Of a DNA stretch of 64,000 nt, positions 20,875 to 32,581 are shown in pieces. Positions within the stretch are counted from its first letter, which is position 1. The number at the start of each line of letters is the position of its first letter. Both the position numbers and the translations under genes were made by a program. The stretch is from an uncultured delta proteobacterium. GTDB lineage: Bacteria > Myxococcota_A > Polyangia > Polyangiales > B10-G4. The notes under the pieces are model-generated. The model ran no database searches and was not told the DNA's origin. It saw nothing but the letters and a program-made list of their open reading frames with translations. The stretch covers positions 1,152,001-1,216,000 of the forward strand of contig CAVSGI010000010.1 of NCBI GenBank assembly GCA_963727445.1. Reading direction: 5' to 3'.

Positions 20875-21528
20875 ATGCAAACGATGACGAAAACGACGAT
20901 GAGGATCGCGAGCGCGCTGCTCGCGTGGGCGCTCTTACCCACGCTGGCGTCGGCGCAGAACGACGCCGCGGTTTCGGCGGCGCGCGAGCAGATGCGCCAC
21001 GAGCCCACGGTCGCCGAGACGGTGCGGGTGTGCCTCGAGTACTTCCGTGTCGACCCGAGCAACTTCGACGGCCTGAGGACCGCGGCCAAGACCCGCGCGC
21101 TCCTGCCGACCCTCGCCGGTGGTTACGCCTACGACGACAACGCCTTCGCGCGCGTCGAGGACACGCTCCCCGGCGGCGGTCCCACCGTCAATCCGCGAAA
21201 CGTCGAGGACACGAACGCCATCACCAACACCTTCACCATCGGCGCCATCTGGGACTTGCGAGAGCTCGTCTTCAACGCCTCCGAGGTGCAGGTCTACGGT
21301 CTGATCGGCGTGCAGCGCGACCTCATGCTGGAGGTCACGCGGACGTATTACCTCCGGCGCCAGCTGCTGCTGCGCCTGCTCCTGCGTCCGCCGGAAGATC
21401 CCCTCGCCTACGCCGCTCTCGAGATGCGCGTGGACGAGTTCACCGCGATCCTGGACGTCCTCACCGACGGATGGTTCACGACCGAGACCGAGGCGCGTCG
21501 CTCCGGCCGAGGCCGAGACGACGACTGA
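20875..21528 (+). CDS. Secreted single-repeat TolC/OEP-like protein
   Basis: Signal peptide ending ASA-Q; ALLPTLAGGYAY...FTIGAIWDL...EVTRTYY...AILDVLTDG follows the pattern of one outer-membrane efflux repeat. Confidence 0.65.
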   Translation: MQTMTKTTMRIASALLAWALLPTLASAQNDAAVSAAREQMRHEPTVAETVRVCLEYFRVDPSNFDGLRTAAKTRALLPTLAGGYAYDDNAFARVEDTLPGGGPTVNPRNVEDTNAITNTFTIGAIWDLRELVFNASEVQVYGLIGVQRDLMLEVTRTYYLRRQLLLRLLLRPPEDPLAYAALEMRVDEFTAILDVLTDGWFTTETEARRSGRGRDDD

Positions 21529-21582
21529 GCGGGTGCGCCGGCGGGGCTTGCCCTCGCATCACGGCGTAGCCATATCCAACCG

Positions 21583-23343
21583 GTGAGCACGCGCCCCAAG
21601 CTCGACCGCGCGGTGACGAGGCGTCTCCTCGGCCTCGCCCGCGCGGAGTGGAAGCGGCTCGCCGCCGGGACCTTCTTCCTCGCCCTGGGAAGCGGCGCCG
21701 GCCTGCTCTACCCCCAGGGGATCCGCGTCATCATCGACGACGCGCTGGGCACCGGTGACCCCGACATCGTCGACAAGGCGGCGATCGTCCTCCTCTTCGT
21801 CTTCCTGGTGCAGGCCATCGCGGTGGCACTGCGCTCGATACTCTTCACCGTCGCTGGCGAACGCATCGTCGCCAACCTGCGCAGTCAGCTCTACCGCGTG
21901 ATCATGGATCAGGAGATCGCCTTCTTCGACGGGAGCCGCACCGGCGAGCTGATCAATCGGCTCAGCGCCGACACGCAGGTGCTGCAGAACACGGTGAGCG
22001 TGAACGTGTCGATGGCGCTCCGAAACGCCGCGGCCGCCGTCGGAGGCATCGCCTTCCTCTTCTGGACCTCGGTGAAGCTCACCGGGCTGATGCTCGTGGT
22101 CGTCCCGCCCGTCGCCATCGGAGCGGTGATCTACGGCCGCTACGTGCGCCGGATGAGTCGCGAGGTGCAGGATGCCCTCGCCTCCGCGAGCGAAGTGGCC
22201 GAAGAGACCATCGCCGGCATCCGCACCGTGCGCGCCTTCGCCGCGGAAAAGGCCGAGGTCGCCCGCTACGACGCCGCGGTGGACCAGAGCTTCGAGCTCG
22301 CTCGGCGCCGCGCGCATCTGGTCGGGCGCTTCATGGGCGCGACCTCCTTCGCCGCCTACGTGGCGGCGGCAGCCGTCGTGTGGTGGGGCGGCCACATGGT
22401 GATCGACGGCGAGATGAGCGTCGGAGAGCTCTCCGCGTTCCTCCTCTACACGATCATCGTCGCCGTGAGCCTGGGCACGCTCAGCAGCTTGTGGGCCGAT
22501 CTGATGCGCGCCTCCGGCTCCGCCGAGCGGATCTACGAGATCATCGATCGAGAGCCGGCGATGGCGGCGCGTGGAGGCGAGACCCTCGACGGCCTCGAGG
22601 GCGCGCTCTGCCTCGAAGAGGTCACCTTCCACTACCCGACGCGACCCGATGTCGACGTCCTCGTCGACGTGAAGCTCGACGTCGCCGCCGGCGAGATCGT
22701 GGCCCTCGTCGGGCCGAGCGGCTCGGGAAAGACGACGATCGCGTCGCTGGTTACGCGCCTCTACGACCCACCCACGGGTCGCGTGACCCTCGACGGGCAC
22801 GATCTGTCGGCCCTCGATCCCGAGTGGCTGCGAAAGCAGATCGGGGTCGTCGCCCAGGAGCCCATCCTCTTCAGCGCCACCATCGCCGAGAACATCCGCT
22901 ACGCGCGGCCCGAGGCGACCGAAGAGGAGGTGATCGCCGCCGCGCGCGCCGCCAACGCCCACGACTTCGTGGTGGGCTTCCCCGACGGCTACGACACCCA
23001 CGTGGGAGAGCGGGGCGTCCAGCTCTCGGGCGGTCAAAAACAGCGCGTGGCCATCGCCCGCGCCGTGCTGAAGGATCCGAAGATCCTCGTCCTCGACGAG
23101 GCGACGAGCGCCCTCGACGCCGAGAGCGAGCACCTCGTCAAAGAAGCGCTCGACCGCCTGATGCACGGGCGCACCACCTTGATCATCGCGCACCGCCTCT
23201 CGACGGTGCGCGACGCCGATCGGGTGGTGGTGCTCGAACGCGGACGCATCGTGCAGTCGGGCGCGCACGCAGAGCTCCTCGAGGAAGAGGACGGCCTGTA
23301 CCATCGCCTCGTGGCGCGGCAGCTCGCCGAGCCCGCGGCGTGA
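21583..23343 (+). CDS. ABC exporter, fused TMD-NBD (MsbA/ABCB-like)
   Basis: 6 TM; GPSGSGKT, LSGGQKQR, ILVLDEATSALD, IIAHRLST. Confidence 0.95.
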   Translation: MSTRPKLDRAVTRRLLGLARAEWKRLAAGTFFLALGSGAGLLYPQGIRVIIDDALGTGDPDIVDKAAIVLLFVFLVQAIAVALRSILFTVAGERIVANLRSQLYRVIMDQEIAFFDGSRTGELINRLSADTQVLQNTVSVNVSMALRNAAAAVGGIAFLFWTSVKLTGLMLVVVPPVAIGAVIYGRYVRRMSREVQDALASASEVAEETIAGIRTVRAFAAEKAEVARYDAAVDQSFELARRRAHLVGRFMGATSFAAYVAAAAVVWWGGHMVIDGEMSVGELSAFLLYTIIVAVSLGTLSSLWADLMRASGSAERIYEIIDREPAMAARGGETLDGLEGALCLEEVTFHYPTRPDVDVLVDVKLDVAAGEIVALVGPSGSGKTTIASLVTRLYDPPTGRVTLDGHDLSALDPEWLRKQIGVVAQEPILFSATIAENIRYARPEATEEEVIAAARAANAHDFVVGFPDGYDTHVGERGVQLSGGQKQRVAIARAVLKDPKILVLDEATSALDAESEHLVKEALDRLMHGRTTLIIAHRLSTVRDADRVVVLERGRIVQSGAHAELLEEEDGLYHRLVARQLAEPAA

Positions 23344-23350
23344 GCCCGCG

Positions 23351-24091
23351 ATGAACCAGCTCCTGCTCTACGACGAGGACTTCGTGGGCGACGACACGGT
23401 GCGGATCGATGGCGCGCGCGCGGACGGCGTCCGGCGCATCCTCGCGGACAAAGAGCGCGAGGGTGGGGGCGAAGGGCTCCGGGTTGGAAGGCTCGATGGC
23501 AATCGGGGTCACGCAGAGGTGCGCGAGGATCGAGCCGACGAGCTGCTGCTCCGCGTCACGCTGAACGAGGCGCCTCCGCCCCGTCCCGGGATCGACCTTC
23601 TCCTCGCTGCGCCGCGGCCAAAGCAGCTCAAGCGGATCCTGCCCGCGCTCGCGTCGATGGGCGTCGACGAGATCGTCCTGATGAACGCGGCGCGGGTAGA
23701 GAAGAGCTACTTCGACTCGAAGGCCCTCGAGACCGCGAGCATCCATCGCCTCTTCGACCTCGGCCTCGAACAGGGATGCGACACGATCCGCCCGAGGCTT
23801 CGGATCGCGCGCCGCTTTCGGCCTTTCGTGGAGGACGAGCTCGACAGCTTCAGAGCGAAGGGGGCTCGGATCGTCGCGCATCCCGGCGGCGCAGACGACG
23901 CGCTCCACGCCGCGCGAAGCGAGACGCGCTTGATCCTGGCCGTGGGGCCCGAGGGTGGCTGGGTACCCTTCGAGCTCGAGCTGCTCCAATCGCGTGGGTT
24001 TTCCGTCGCGTCTCTCGGCTCTCGTCCGCTCCGAACGGAGATTGCTGTCGCCGCGCTGATCGGTGCTTCGGGACGGCTCCAGCGCCCCTGA
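23351..24091 (+). CDS. rsmE: 16S rRNA (uracil-1498-N3)-methyltransferase
   Basis: SPOUT motifs AVGPEGGW and LGSRPLRTEIA. Confidence 0.85.
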   Translation: MNQLLLYDEDFVGDDTVRIDGARADGVRRILADKEREGGGEGLRVGRLDGNRGHAEVREDRADELLLRVTLNEAPPPRPGIDLLLAAPRPKQLKRILPALASMGVDEIVLMNAARVEKSYFDSKALETASIHRLFDLGLEQGCDTIRPRLRIARRFRPFVEDELDSFRAKGARIVAHPGGADDALHAARSETRLILAVGPEGGWVPFELELLQSRGFSVASLGSRPLRTEIAVAALIGASGRLQRP

Positions 24092-24148
24092 ACAGGCTTG
24101 CGCACCCGAGGATCTGCGGCATGCTCCCGGCCCTTTTGGAGCCCCCTC

Positions 24149-26023
24149 ATGTCCCGATCCATCGCCCTTCTCGCTTGCCTCACCTTCCTCCTCGCCGCCT
24201 GCAACAACGACAGCCGCGTCTTCACCGACGCCAGCTTCGACACCGGCACCTCTGACACCAGCACCTCTGACACCAGCACGCCCGACACCGGCACGCCGGA
24301 CACCAGCACCATGATGGACGGCGGGATGGGTGACAGCAGCACCGGCGACGGCAGCACCGGCGACGGCAGCACCGGCGACGCCTCGATGGACGGCGGCGGT
24401 GACGCCACCACCGGCGACGGCTCGATGGACGCGACAGCCGACGCGACGATGGACGCGACAGCCGACGCGATGATGGACGCGGCGGCGAGCTGCATCGACA
24501 TGGACCTCGCGATGGCTACCGGTGACGCCGTGGCTTCTGGCGACCTCACCGGGGCCGGCGACGACGGGATGGGCAGCTGCGGGAGCACCGGCGGCGAGGA
24601 CATGGCCTACACCTGGACGGCCCCCTCCACCGCCGAGTGGACCTTCGACACCTTCGGCTCGGACGCCGACACGGTCCTGCACATCCACACCGGCGCGGAG
24701 TGCTCGGCCGCCGAGCTCGCGTGCATCGACGACGCCAGCTTCGTTCTGCAGTCGCGCGTCGACCTGATGGTGACGGCCGGGACGATGATCACCATCGTCG
24801 TCGACTCGTACGACGCCTTCAGCGCCGACCTCTTCGAGCTCAGCATCACCGAGACCTCCACCATCCCGACCTCCGAGGCCGGCTCCTGTGGTGATGGGGT
24901 GGACAACGACCGCGACGGCGACGTCGACTGCTTCGACGCGGACTGCATCAGCGCCTCCACCTGCTTCGAAATCGGCGCGGCCTGCGGCGACGGGATCGAC
25001 AACGACGGTGACAGCGACGTGGACTGCGCCGACTCGGACTGCGACGGCTACAGCGCGTGCATCGAGAGCATCTGCGACGACAGCCTGGACGACGATGGCG
25101 ACGGCGACGTGGACTGCGCCGACTCCGACTGCTTCACCGACCCGGCCTGTGACACCTGCCCCGATGCGGACCTGGGCATGACCCTCGGCACCACCACCGG
25201 CACCACCACCGGCGGGACCGACCGCCGCGCGGGCTCCTGTGGCGGCGGCGGCGAGGATCGAACCCTCCTCTTCACGGCGCCGGCGGAAGGCACCTACACC
25301 ATCAGCACCGCGGGCAGCGCCTTCGACACCGTGCTCTACGTGCTCGACGCCGGGTGCGACGGGCTCGAGCTCGCGTGCAACGACGACAGCGGCGGCAGCT
25401 CCCAGTCCGAGGTCGTCGTCGACCTCGGCGCGGGCCAGCAGGTCATCATCGTGGTCGACGGCTACAGCGGCGCGGGTGACTACACCCTGGACATCTCCGA
25501 CGCCGCGATGTCCTTCGGCGCACCGGGCACGGCCGGGGATCTGGTGATCACCGAGATCATGCAAAACCCGCGCACGCCCGACACTTCGAACGAGTGGTTC
25601 GAGATCACCAACACCACCAGCAGCACGCTGAACCTCAACGGCTGCAACATCAGCGACACGGGCGTCGACTCCTCGGACATCACGACCGACCTGTTGATCG
25701 CTCCGGGCGAGTATCTGGTCCTGGGCCGCACGGACGACGTCGGCTTCCGGCCGAACTACACCTGGTCGGGTCGCCTCTCGTTGGCCAATGGTGACGACGA
25801 GCTGATCATCACCTGCGGCAGCACCGAGATCGACCGCGTGGAGTGGGACGGCGGTCCGACCTTCCCCGACCCGGACGGAGCCTCCATGAGCCTGGACGAT
25901 GGGGCGACCACCGCCACCATGAACGACACCGGCTCCAACTGGTGCGAAGCCCCGCTCTACCTCGCGCCCTACGACGGCGTGGACCGCGCGACGCCCGGCG
26001 AAGCCAACCCGACCTGCCCCTGA
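24149..26023 (+). CDS. Lipoprotein with two PPC-like domains, three CxDGxDNDxDGDVDC repeats and a lamin-tail domain
   Basis: Lipobox LAAC; DTVLHI / DTVLYV...ELACND; GDLVITEIMQNP...EWFEITN...ATPGEAN. Confidence 0.85.
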   Translation: MSRSIALLACLTFLLAACNNDSRVFTDASFDTGTSDTSTSDTSTPDTGTPDTSTMMDGGMGDSSTGDGSTGDGSTGDASMDGGGDATTGDGSMDATADATMDATADAMMDAAASCIDMDLAMATGDAVASGDLTGAGDDGMGSCGSTGGEDMAYTWTAPSTAEWTFDTFGSDADTVLHIHTGAECSAAELACIDDASFVLQSRVDLMVTAGTMITIVVDSYDAFSADLFELSITETSTIPTSEAGSCGDGVDNDRDGDVDCFDADCISASTCFEIGAACGDGIDNDGDSDVDCADSDCDGYSACIESICDDSLDDDGDGDVDCADSDCFTDPACDTCPDADLGMTLGTTTGTTTGGTDRRAGSCGGGGEDRTLLFTAPAEGTYTISTAGSAFDTVLYVLDAGCDGLELACNDDSGGSSQSEVVVDLGAGQQVIIVVDGYSGAGDYTLDISDAAMSFGAPGTAGDLVITEIMQNPRTPDTSNEWFEITNTTSSTLNLNGCNISDTGVDSSDITTDLLIAPGEYLVLGRTDDVGFRPNYTWSGRLSLANGDDELIITCGSTEIDRVEWDGGPTFPDPDGASMSLDDGATTATMNDTGSNWCEAPLYLAPYDGVDRATPGEANPTCP

Positions 26024-26037
26024 CCAGGATCGGAGGA

Positions 26038-26063
26038 GAGCGGCGCCCCGAAGGGCGCCGCTC
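26038..26063. terminator. GC hairpin between convergent genes
   Basis: GAGCGGCGCCC-CGAA-GGGCGCCGCTC, perfect 11-bp stem; no U-tract. Confidence 0.6.
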
Positions 26064-26089
26064 GTGGGGCTACTCAGTCGCTCCTTCGC

Positions 26090-26992
26090 TCAGTCACAGT
26101 GTCCGGGTCCGGTGAACCCGTTGTTGTAGGCGTCGAGGGTGTCGGCGAGGGCCGTGGCCGTGCCGCGGTCGGCCGTGCTCTTGCCGAAGGGCAGCATCCC
26201 GTCCGCGTCGGCATTCGCCGCGAGCCATGCATCCGCGTCTGCGATGGTGCTGCTGACGCCGGCATCCGAAGCGCCATCCAGGACGTTCAGCTTCGCCGTG
26301 ATCAGCTGGTGGGCGAGGATGATGCTCGCGTCACCTCGAGGCGCCATGTTCAGGAGCGTCTCCAGCTGACCCGCGTCGTAGTAGACGAAGCCGAGCATCA
26401 GGCCCGACGCAGGCCATGCGTCGGTGTGGTTCTTCCAATAACCCATGGTGTACGTACACCCCTCGTCGACCGGCGGCGGAGTGCAGCTGTCGATGCAGCC
26501 CGCGTAGTAATCGTAAGGAATGTTGCCGTCCCAGTAGATGTAGTCGGGGTTGTCGCTGTAGGCCCAACCGATGGAGCCATCCTCGAAATAGAGCTTGGCG
26601 ACGACCTTGACGTCCGTACCGCATTCGACGCCGATGTCCGTGAAGGGCACGTCGTAAGTCCGGCTGGTGGTCACGGGGAACGACTCTTCGATGGTGGACA
26701 GGGCGAGGTCGCCGTCCGCGAAGGGCACGGGCGGCGGCGGCGGTCCGAGGTAGATCTTCACGCCGGTGAAGCCGGACGCGAGATCGATCTGTACCTGCAT
26801 GCTGTCGAAATCGTTCGACAAGTGGAGCGTTCCCACCGCGGTGCCGGCGTCATCCTCGATGACGTCGTCCTTGGGGCCACAAACGAGTAGCGCGTTCGAA
26901 TTGGAATCCACGACTTGTCCGGTACATCCGATGGACGCTCCGCCGATCAGCGCTCCGAGCAAGACGAGTGAGCGAATATGTTTGTTTGTCAT
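26090..26992 (-). CDS. Hypothetical lipoprotein with C-terminal GYWKNH...LAHQLITAKLN helical domain
   Basis: GGAGG RBS; lipobox SIGC; continuous ORF. Confidence 0.75.
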   Translation of the reverse strand: MTNKHIRSLVLLGALIGGASIGCTGQVVDSNSNALLVCGPKDDVIEDDAGTAVGTLHLSNDFDSMQVQIDLASGFTGVKIYLGPPPPPVPFADGDLALSTIEESFPVTTSRTYDVPFTDIGVECGTDVKVVAKLYFEDGSIGWAYSDNPDYIYWDGNIPYDYYAGCIDSCTPPPVDEGCTYTMGYWKNHTDAWPASGLMLGFVYYDAGQLETLLNMAPRGDASIILAHQLITAKLNVLDGASDAGVSSTIADADAWLAANADADGMLPFGKSTADRGTATALADTLDAYNNGFTGPGHCD

Positions 26993-27199
26993 GGCAGCCT
27001 CCTCCGTCGAGAACCTCCAGAAGCAGGTTCCTTACCAAGTCACGTAACTGCCGACCGACGTGTGGAAAGGTGTGAATTGAGCGAAGAGGGGCGAACGGTG
27101 CGACGCGGTGGCCTCGCACCCTTTGCTCTTCGCGCGCCGCAACGCGCAGGTTCTGCGGCGCCTCGGAAGCGCGCCTGGAAGCTCGAGAAACGGCGACTA

Positions 27200-27757
27200 T
27201 CAGAAGCAGCGCGGGCGGTCGTGGAGCGATTCGGGAGCGCTCCGATCGGGCGCCACGAGTCCCTCGGCTTCCTTGCCGCCGGTGACGCCCTGAACGGCGA
27301 CCACCGCGCGGAAGTCGGTGGGCGTGTCCACCAACGCACTGGCGAGCGCCCCATCGACGATGCCGACGCGACCGAACTGGACGATCTGCGAGGTCGGCAA
27401 GCCGGCTTCGGGCTTGAGGTAGTCGTCGAAGATCGAGCCCTGATCATCCAGGCGGGAACGGATCGACAAGCCGAGGGAGGTGTAGACGAAGTCGGGGTCC
27501 GTCGTCACGAGCGTCCCGTCATAGGTGATCAGCGCGTCGCCGCTCCCATCCCCGGCGGGCTCGAGGCGAAACTGCACCTCACCCACGACGTCCGAAGTCG
27601 TACTGTCCTCGAGGATCGCGTGCAGGCTCGAGAGGCACCTCGGGTCGGAGAGCGCGCCAGCGCTCGCGCCAGGGTCGTCGCTCGTGGTCTCGAACGCGCA
27701 ACCCGAGCCGAAGAAGCCGAAAACGCAGATGAGTGCCGTGATCGTCGGTCGAAGCAT
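27200..27757 (-). CDS. Hypothetical lipoprotein
   Basis: MLRPTITALICVFGFFGSGC signal/lipobox; coding-like codon use. Confidence 0.6.
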   Translation of the reverse strand: MLRPTITALICVFGFFGSGCAFETTSDDPGASAGALSDPRCLSSLHAILEDSTTSDVVGEVQFRLEPAGDGSGDALITYDGTLVTTDPDFVYTSLGLSIRSRLDDQGSIFDDYLKPEAGLPTSQIVQFGRVGIVDGALASALVDTPTDFRAVVAVQGVTGGKEAEGLVAPDRSAPESLHDRPRCF

Positions 27758-27827
27758 GGCGGGGGTATGAAGTGCGCGGGCGGACCGTGCCAGCGCTTTG
27801 TCCCGCTCTGGTGATATGATGAGCCCG

Positions 27828-29849
27828 ATGTTCTGGCTCCGAGCGGTGGCGATCCCCCTCCTGTGGATGGTCGTCACGTCGTGCTCGCCGGGCGAAAAGG
27901 AGCTCTTCGTCGAGCTCAAGACCGACTTCGTGCCAGGTGCGGAGTTCGCTCGGGCGCGAACCGTCGTCCGAGCCGCAGACGGTCCCGGAGCCTCCTGGGA
28001 GGGGGACAGCCCAGCGATGGTGGATGCGGACTACATCGCGGGACAGCGCGTCGCCGAGCTCTCGGGCATCACCCCCGGGGATCTGGTGGTTCGCGTCGAG
28101 CTCTTCGCACCGGACGGCCGGCAGTTCATCGAGCGCACCGTGCGGGTGGTCTTCCGCGAGTCGAGCGGCGTAACCGTCATCATCACCCGCAACTGTCAGG
28201 GTGTGGTCTGCCCCGAAGAGGCGAGCCCCGCCTCCTACACCGAGTGCCTGGGCGGCTCGTGCGTGAGCCCCGAGTGCATGCACGGCGACGAGGAGGCATG
28301 CGGCGAACCCCAGTGCGCCGACCCGGGAGACTGCGTGACGCCAGCCTCGTGCGCGGCCGCGGTGTGTGATCGCGGTGTGTGCTTCGCCCGCGCGCTCCTC
28401 GATGGATGCCCGGCGGGACAGTACTGCGACGCCGCGGTGGGATGCCTCGACCTCCCCGATGTGCCCGATGGCGGCACGGATGCCGATGCTGGCGTGGACG
28501 TGGACGCCGACGCGGGAGGCGGATGCACGACCGACGCGGACTGTGACGACGCCATCGACTGCACGACCGACACCTGCGAGGCCGACGCCTGCGTCCACGC
28601 ACCCGACGACTCGGTATGCACCGACGGGAGCGGCGGCACCTGCATCGATGGATTCGGCTGCCAGTACGATGGATGCACCGCCGAGACGTGCGTCGCGGGC
28701 GCATGCGAGACCGCGCGCTGTGACGGCGATTCCTGCGTGATCGAGACGTCCTGCACCAGTGGCGACGAGATGTGCTGCGGCGACGCCTGCGTCCCGCTCG
28801 GCTGTGACGACGGAAATCCCTGCACGGACGACTCGTGTGGGAGCAGCGGCTGTGTGCATGCGCCGAACGCTGCGATGTGTGACGACGGCACCTTCTGCAA
28901 CGGCACCGATCGGTGTAGCGGGGGGAGCTGCGGCGCCCACTCCGGCAACCCTTGCAGCAGTGGGACCACCTGCGACGAAGCCGGCTCGAGCTGCGTCGGC
29001 TGCCTGTCCAACGCCGATTGCCCCGACGACATCGTGGGCCCCTGGGGCACTTGCGGGGGGTTCTCCGGGACCTGCGACGAAACCGGCACCCGCTCGCGGA
29101 CGGTCACCAGCTTCGCCTGCTCCTCGGGAACCTGCGTGCCCACCGACGCGAGCGAGACCGAGGCGTGCATGCGCAGCACCACCAGTCTGACCTGTGGGAC
29201 CACGACCTTCGGCACCTGGAGCGCCTGCGGCGGTTACGCCGACGCCTGTGACGAGACCGGCACCCGCTCGCGGAGCCGCACCGACCGCGTGTGCATGAGC
29301 GGGTCCTGCTCCGATCGCAGCAGCATCGACACCGGCAGCTGCTCACGTGACACCGACACGACCACCTGCGGCACGACCACCTACGGCACGTGGGGCGCCT
29401 GCGGCGGCTACGCCGACACCTGCGACGAGACCGGCACCCGCTCGCGCGCGCAGACCGAACACGTCTGCGTCACGGGCACCTGCCAGGATCGAGTGAGCAT
29501 CGACACGGGCGCGTGCAGCCGAACCACCGGAGGAACGACCTGTGGCGCGACGAGCTACGGAACCTGGGGACCCTGCACGAGCTTCAGCAGCGTGTGCGAC
29601 GAGACGGGCATGCGCTCGCGCACCAACATCGACCGAGTCTGCGTCTCGGGCGCCTGCTCCGACCAGATGAACAGCGAGTCCGAGGCCTGCGGCCGGACCA
29701 CTGACGGAGCCAATTGCGACGACTTCGCGTCGTGCCGGCGCGGCACCTGCAACGGGGGGTCCTGCTCACTGACGGGCAGCGGTTGCTCGGGCTCGCAGCG
29801 CTGCTGTGAGCCTGGAATCTGTGTCTGCACCGCTTGCGCCTGCCCCTGA
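27828..29849 (+). CDS. Very Cys-rich lipoprotein with CDDGNPCTxDxC repeats and four ~58-aa thrombospondin type-1-like repeats
   Basis: Lipobox VTSC; GxWxxCxxxxxxCDETGxRSR x4. Confidence 0.8.
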   Translation: MFWLRAVAIPLLWMVVTSCSPGEKELFVELKTDFVPGAEFARARTVVRAADGPGASWEGDSPAMVDADYIAGQRVAELSGITPGDLVVRVELFAPDGRQFIERTVRVVFRESSGVTVIITRNCQGVVCPEEASPASYTECLGGSCVSPECMHGDEEACGEPQCADPGDCVTPASCAAAVCDRGVCFARALLDGCPAGQYCDAAVGCLDLPDVPDGGTDADAGVDVDADAGGGCTTDADCDDAIDCTTDTCEADACVHAPDDSVCTDGSGGTCIDGFGCQYDGCTAETCVAGACETARCDGDSCVIETSCTSGDEMCCGDACVPLGCDDGNPCTDDSCGSSGCVHAPNAAMCDDGTFCNGTDRCSGGSCGAHSGNPCSSGTTCDEAGSSCVGCLSNADCPDDIVGPWGTCGGFSGTCDETGTRSRTVTSFACSSGTCVPTDASETEACMRSTTSLTCGTTTFGTWSACGGYADACDETGTRSRSRTDRVCMSGSCSDRSSIDTGSCSRDTDTTTCGTTTYGTWGACGGYADTCDETGTRSRAQTEHVCVTGTCQDRVSIDTGACSRTTGGTTCGATSYGTWGPCTSFSSVCDETGMRSRTNIDRVCVSGACSDQMNSESEACGRTTDGANCDDFASCRRGTCNGGSCSLTGSGCSGSQRCCEPGICVCTACACP

Positions 29850-29912
29850 GGGTGGGCCCAGGGGAAGATGGCGGCGGCGCACGCGTACTTCCACGACAAG
29901 GAGACCATCGCC

Positions 29913-30209
29913 ATGAACACCCTCGCTCGCACGGCTCTCGGGGCCGCCCTCACCGCATCCATCGTCCTGGGCCTCGCCGCCGCCGCGTCGGCCAACTGCC
30001 GCATCCACAACGACACTGGGGTGAGCTTCACCATCCAGTCCGGCAACGTCTCGAATCAGCGCGTCGGCGGGCACACCACCACGTCCATCGACGACGGTCG
30101 CATCGTCGCCGAGGGGGATGACGGCCGCACCGTGGGCGGCATGTGTGAAGACGGGGGCTCGGTCGAGATTCGCGAGGAGCACGGCACTCTGGTGATCGTG
30201 CCGAACTGA
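29913..30209 (+). CDS. Small secreted hypothetical protein
   Basis: AAGGAG RBS; signal peptide ending ASA-N; two Cys. Confidence 0.7.
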   Translation: MNTLARTALGAALTASIVLGLAAAASANCRIHNDTGVSFTIQSGNVSNQRVGGHTTTSIDDGRIVAEGDDGRTVGGMCEDGGSVEIREEHGTLVIVPN

Positions 30210-30218
30210 TCGAGGAAC

Positions 30219-30689
30219 CTACTCCGGTAGACCGGCGTCGATCCAGGCCACGAGGCGCTGGCGCTCGGTGTCGGTCGGATGGGGGCCGGTCCCGATGGGG
30301 AACTGCATCGGCGCCGGAGACGCGCCGCAGCCCGTGGCGGGCACGTCCGAGACACCGCAGCGGATGATCTCCGCGTCGCGCTGCACGTCGGTGATGGTGC
30401 GGTAGTCCCGCGGCGACGTCCCGCCGCTGTGACATTCGACGCAGTACGTCGCGAAGAAGTCCATCGCGAAGCTGGCCCAGGTATCGGCGGCCGCCGCGTC
30501 GGGCGCCGCGTCCACGGTGGCATCCCCGCTCGCATCGGCGGTCGCATCGGCGGTCGCGCCGTCGGCCGCCCCATCGGCGGTCCCACTGTCGGCGGGGGCA
30601 CCGGTGTCGGTCGGTCGTGAATCCTCGACGCAAGCGGCGGCAGCGAGGACGAGCGCGAAGAGTGTCGCCGAAAGCTCGAGTCTAGTCAT
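30219..30689 (-). CDS. Monoheme cytochrome c lipoprotein
   Basis: Lipobox AAAC; FFATYCVECH; PMQFP...ERQRLVAWIDAG. Confidence 0.8.
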   Translation of the reverse strand: MTRLELSATLFALVLAAAACVEDSRPTDTGAPADSGTADGAADGATADATADASGDATVDAAPDAAAADTWASFAMDFFATYCVECHSGGTSPRDYRTITDVQRDAEIIRCGVSDVPATGCGASPAPMQFPIGTGPHPTDTERQRLVAWIDAGLPE

Positions 30690-30737
30690 GGCTCGGGACT
30701 AGCACGCGGGTGGCTTGGCCGCACGTGCGACCCGACC

Positions 30738-32575
<1,838 letters not shown>

Positions 32576-32581
32576 GCGCTG

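Noticed and set aside
18596..23343. Canonical type I secretion system
   Set aside because: No membrane-fusion adaptor, no full-length TolC and no RTX substrate
27061..27083. lac-operator-like TGTGGAAAGGTGTGAATTGAGCG
   Set aside because: Loose resemblance, not palindromic, no LacI gene nearby
27200..27757. CHRD domain
   Set aside because: Faint similarity only; the NVHT-type motif is absent
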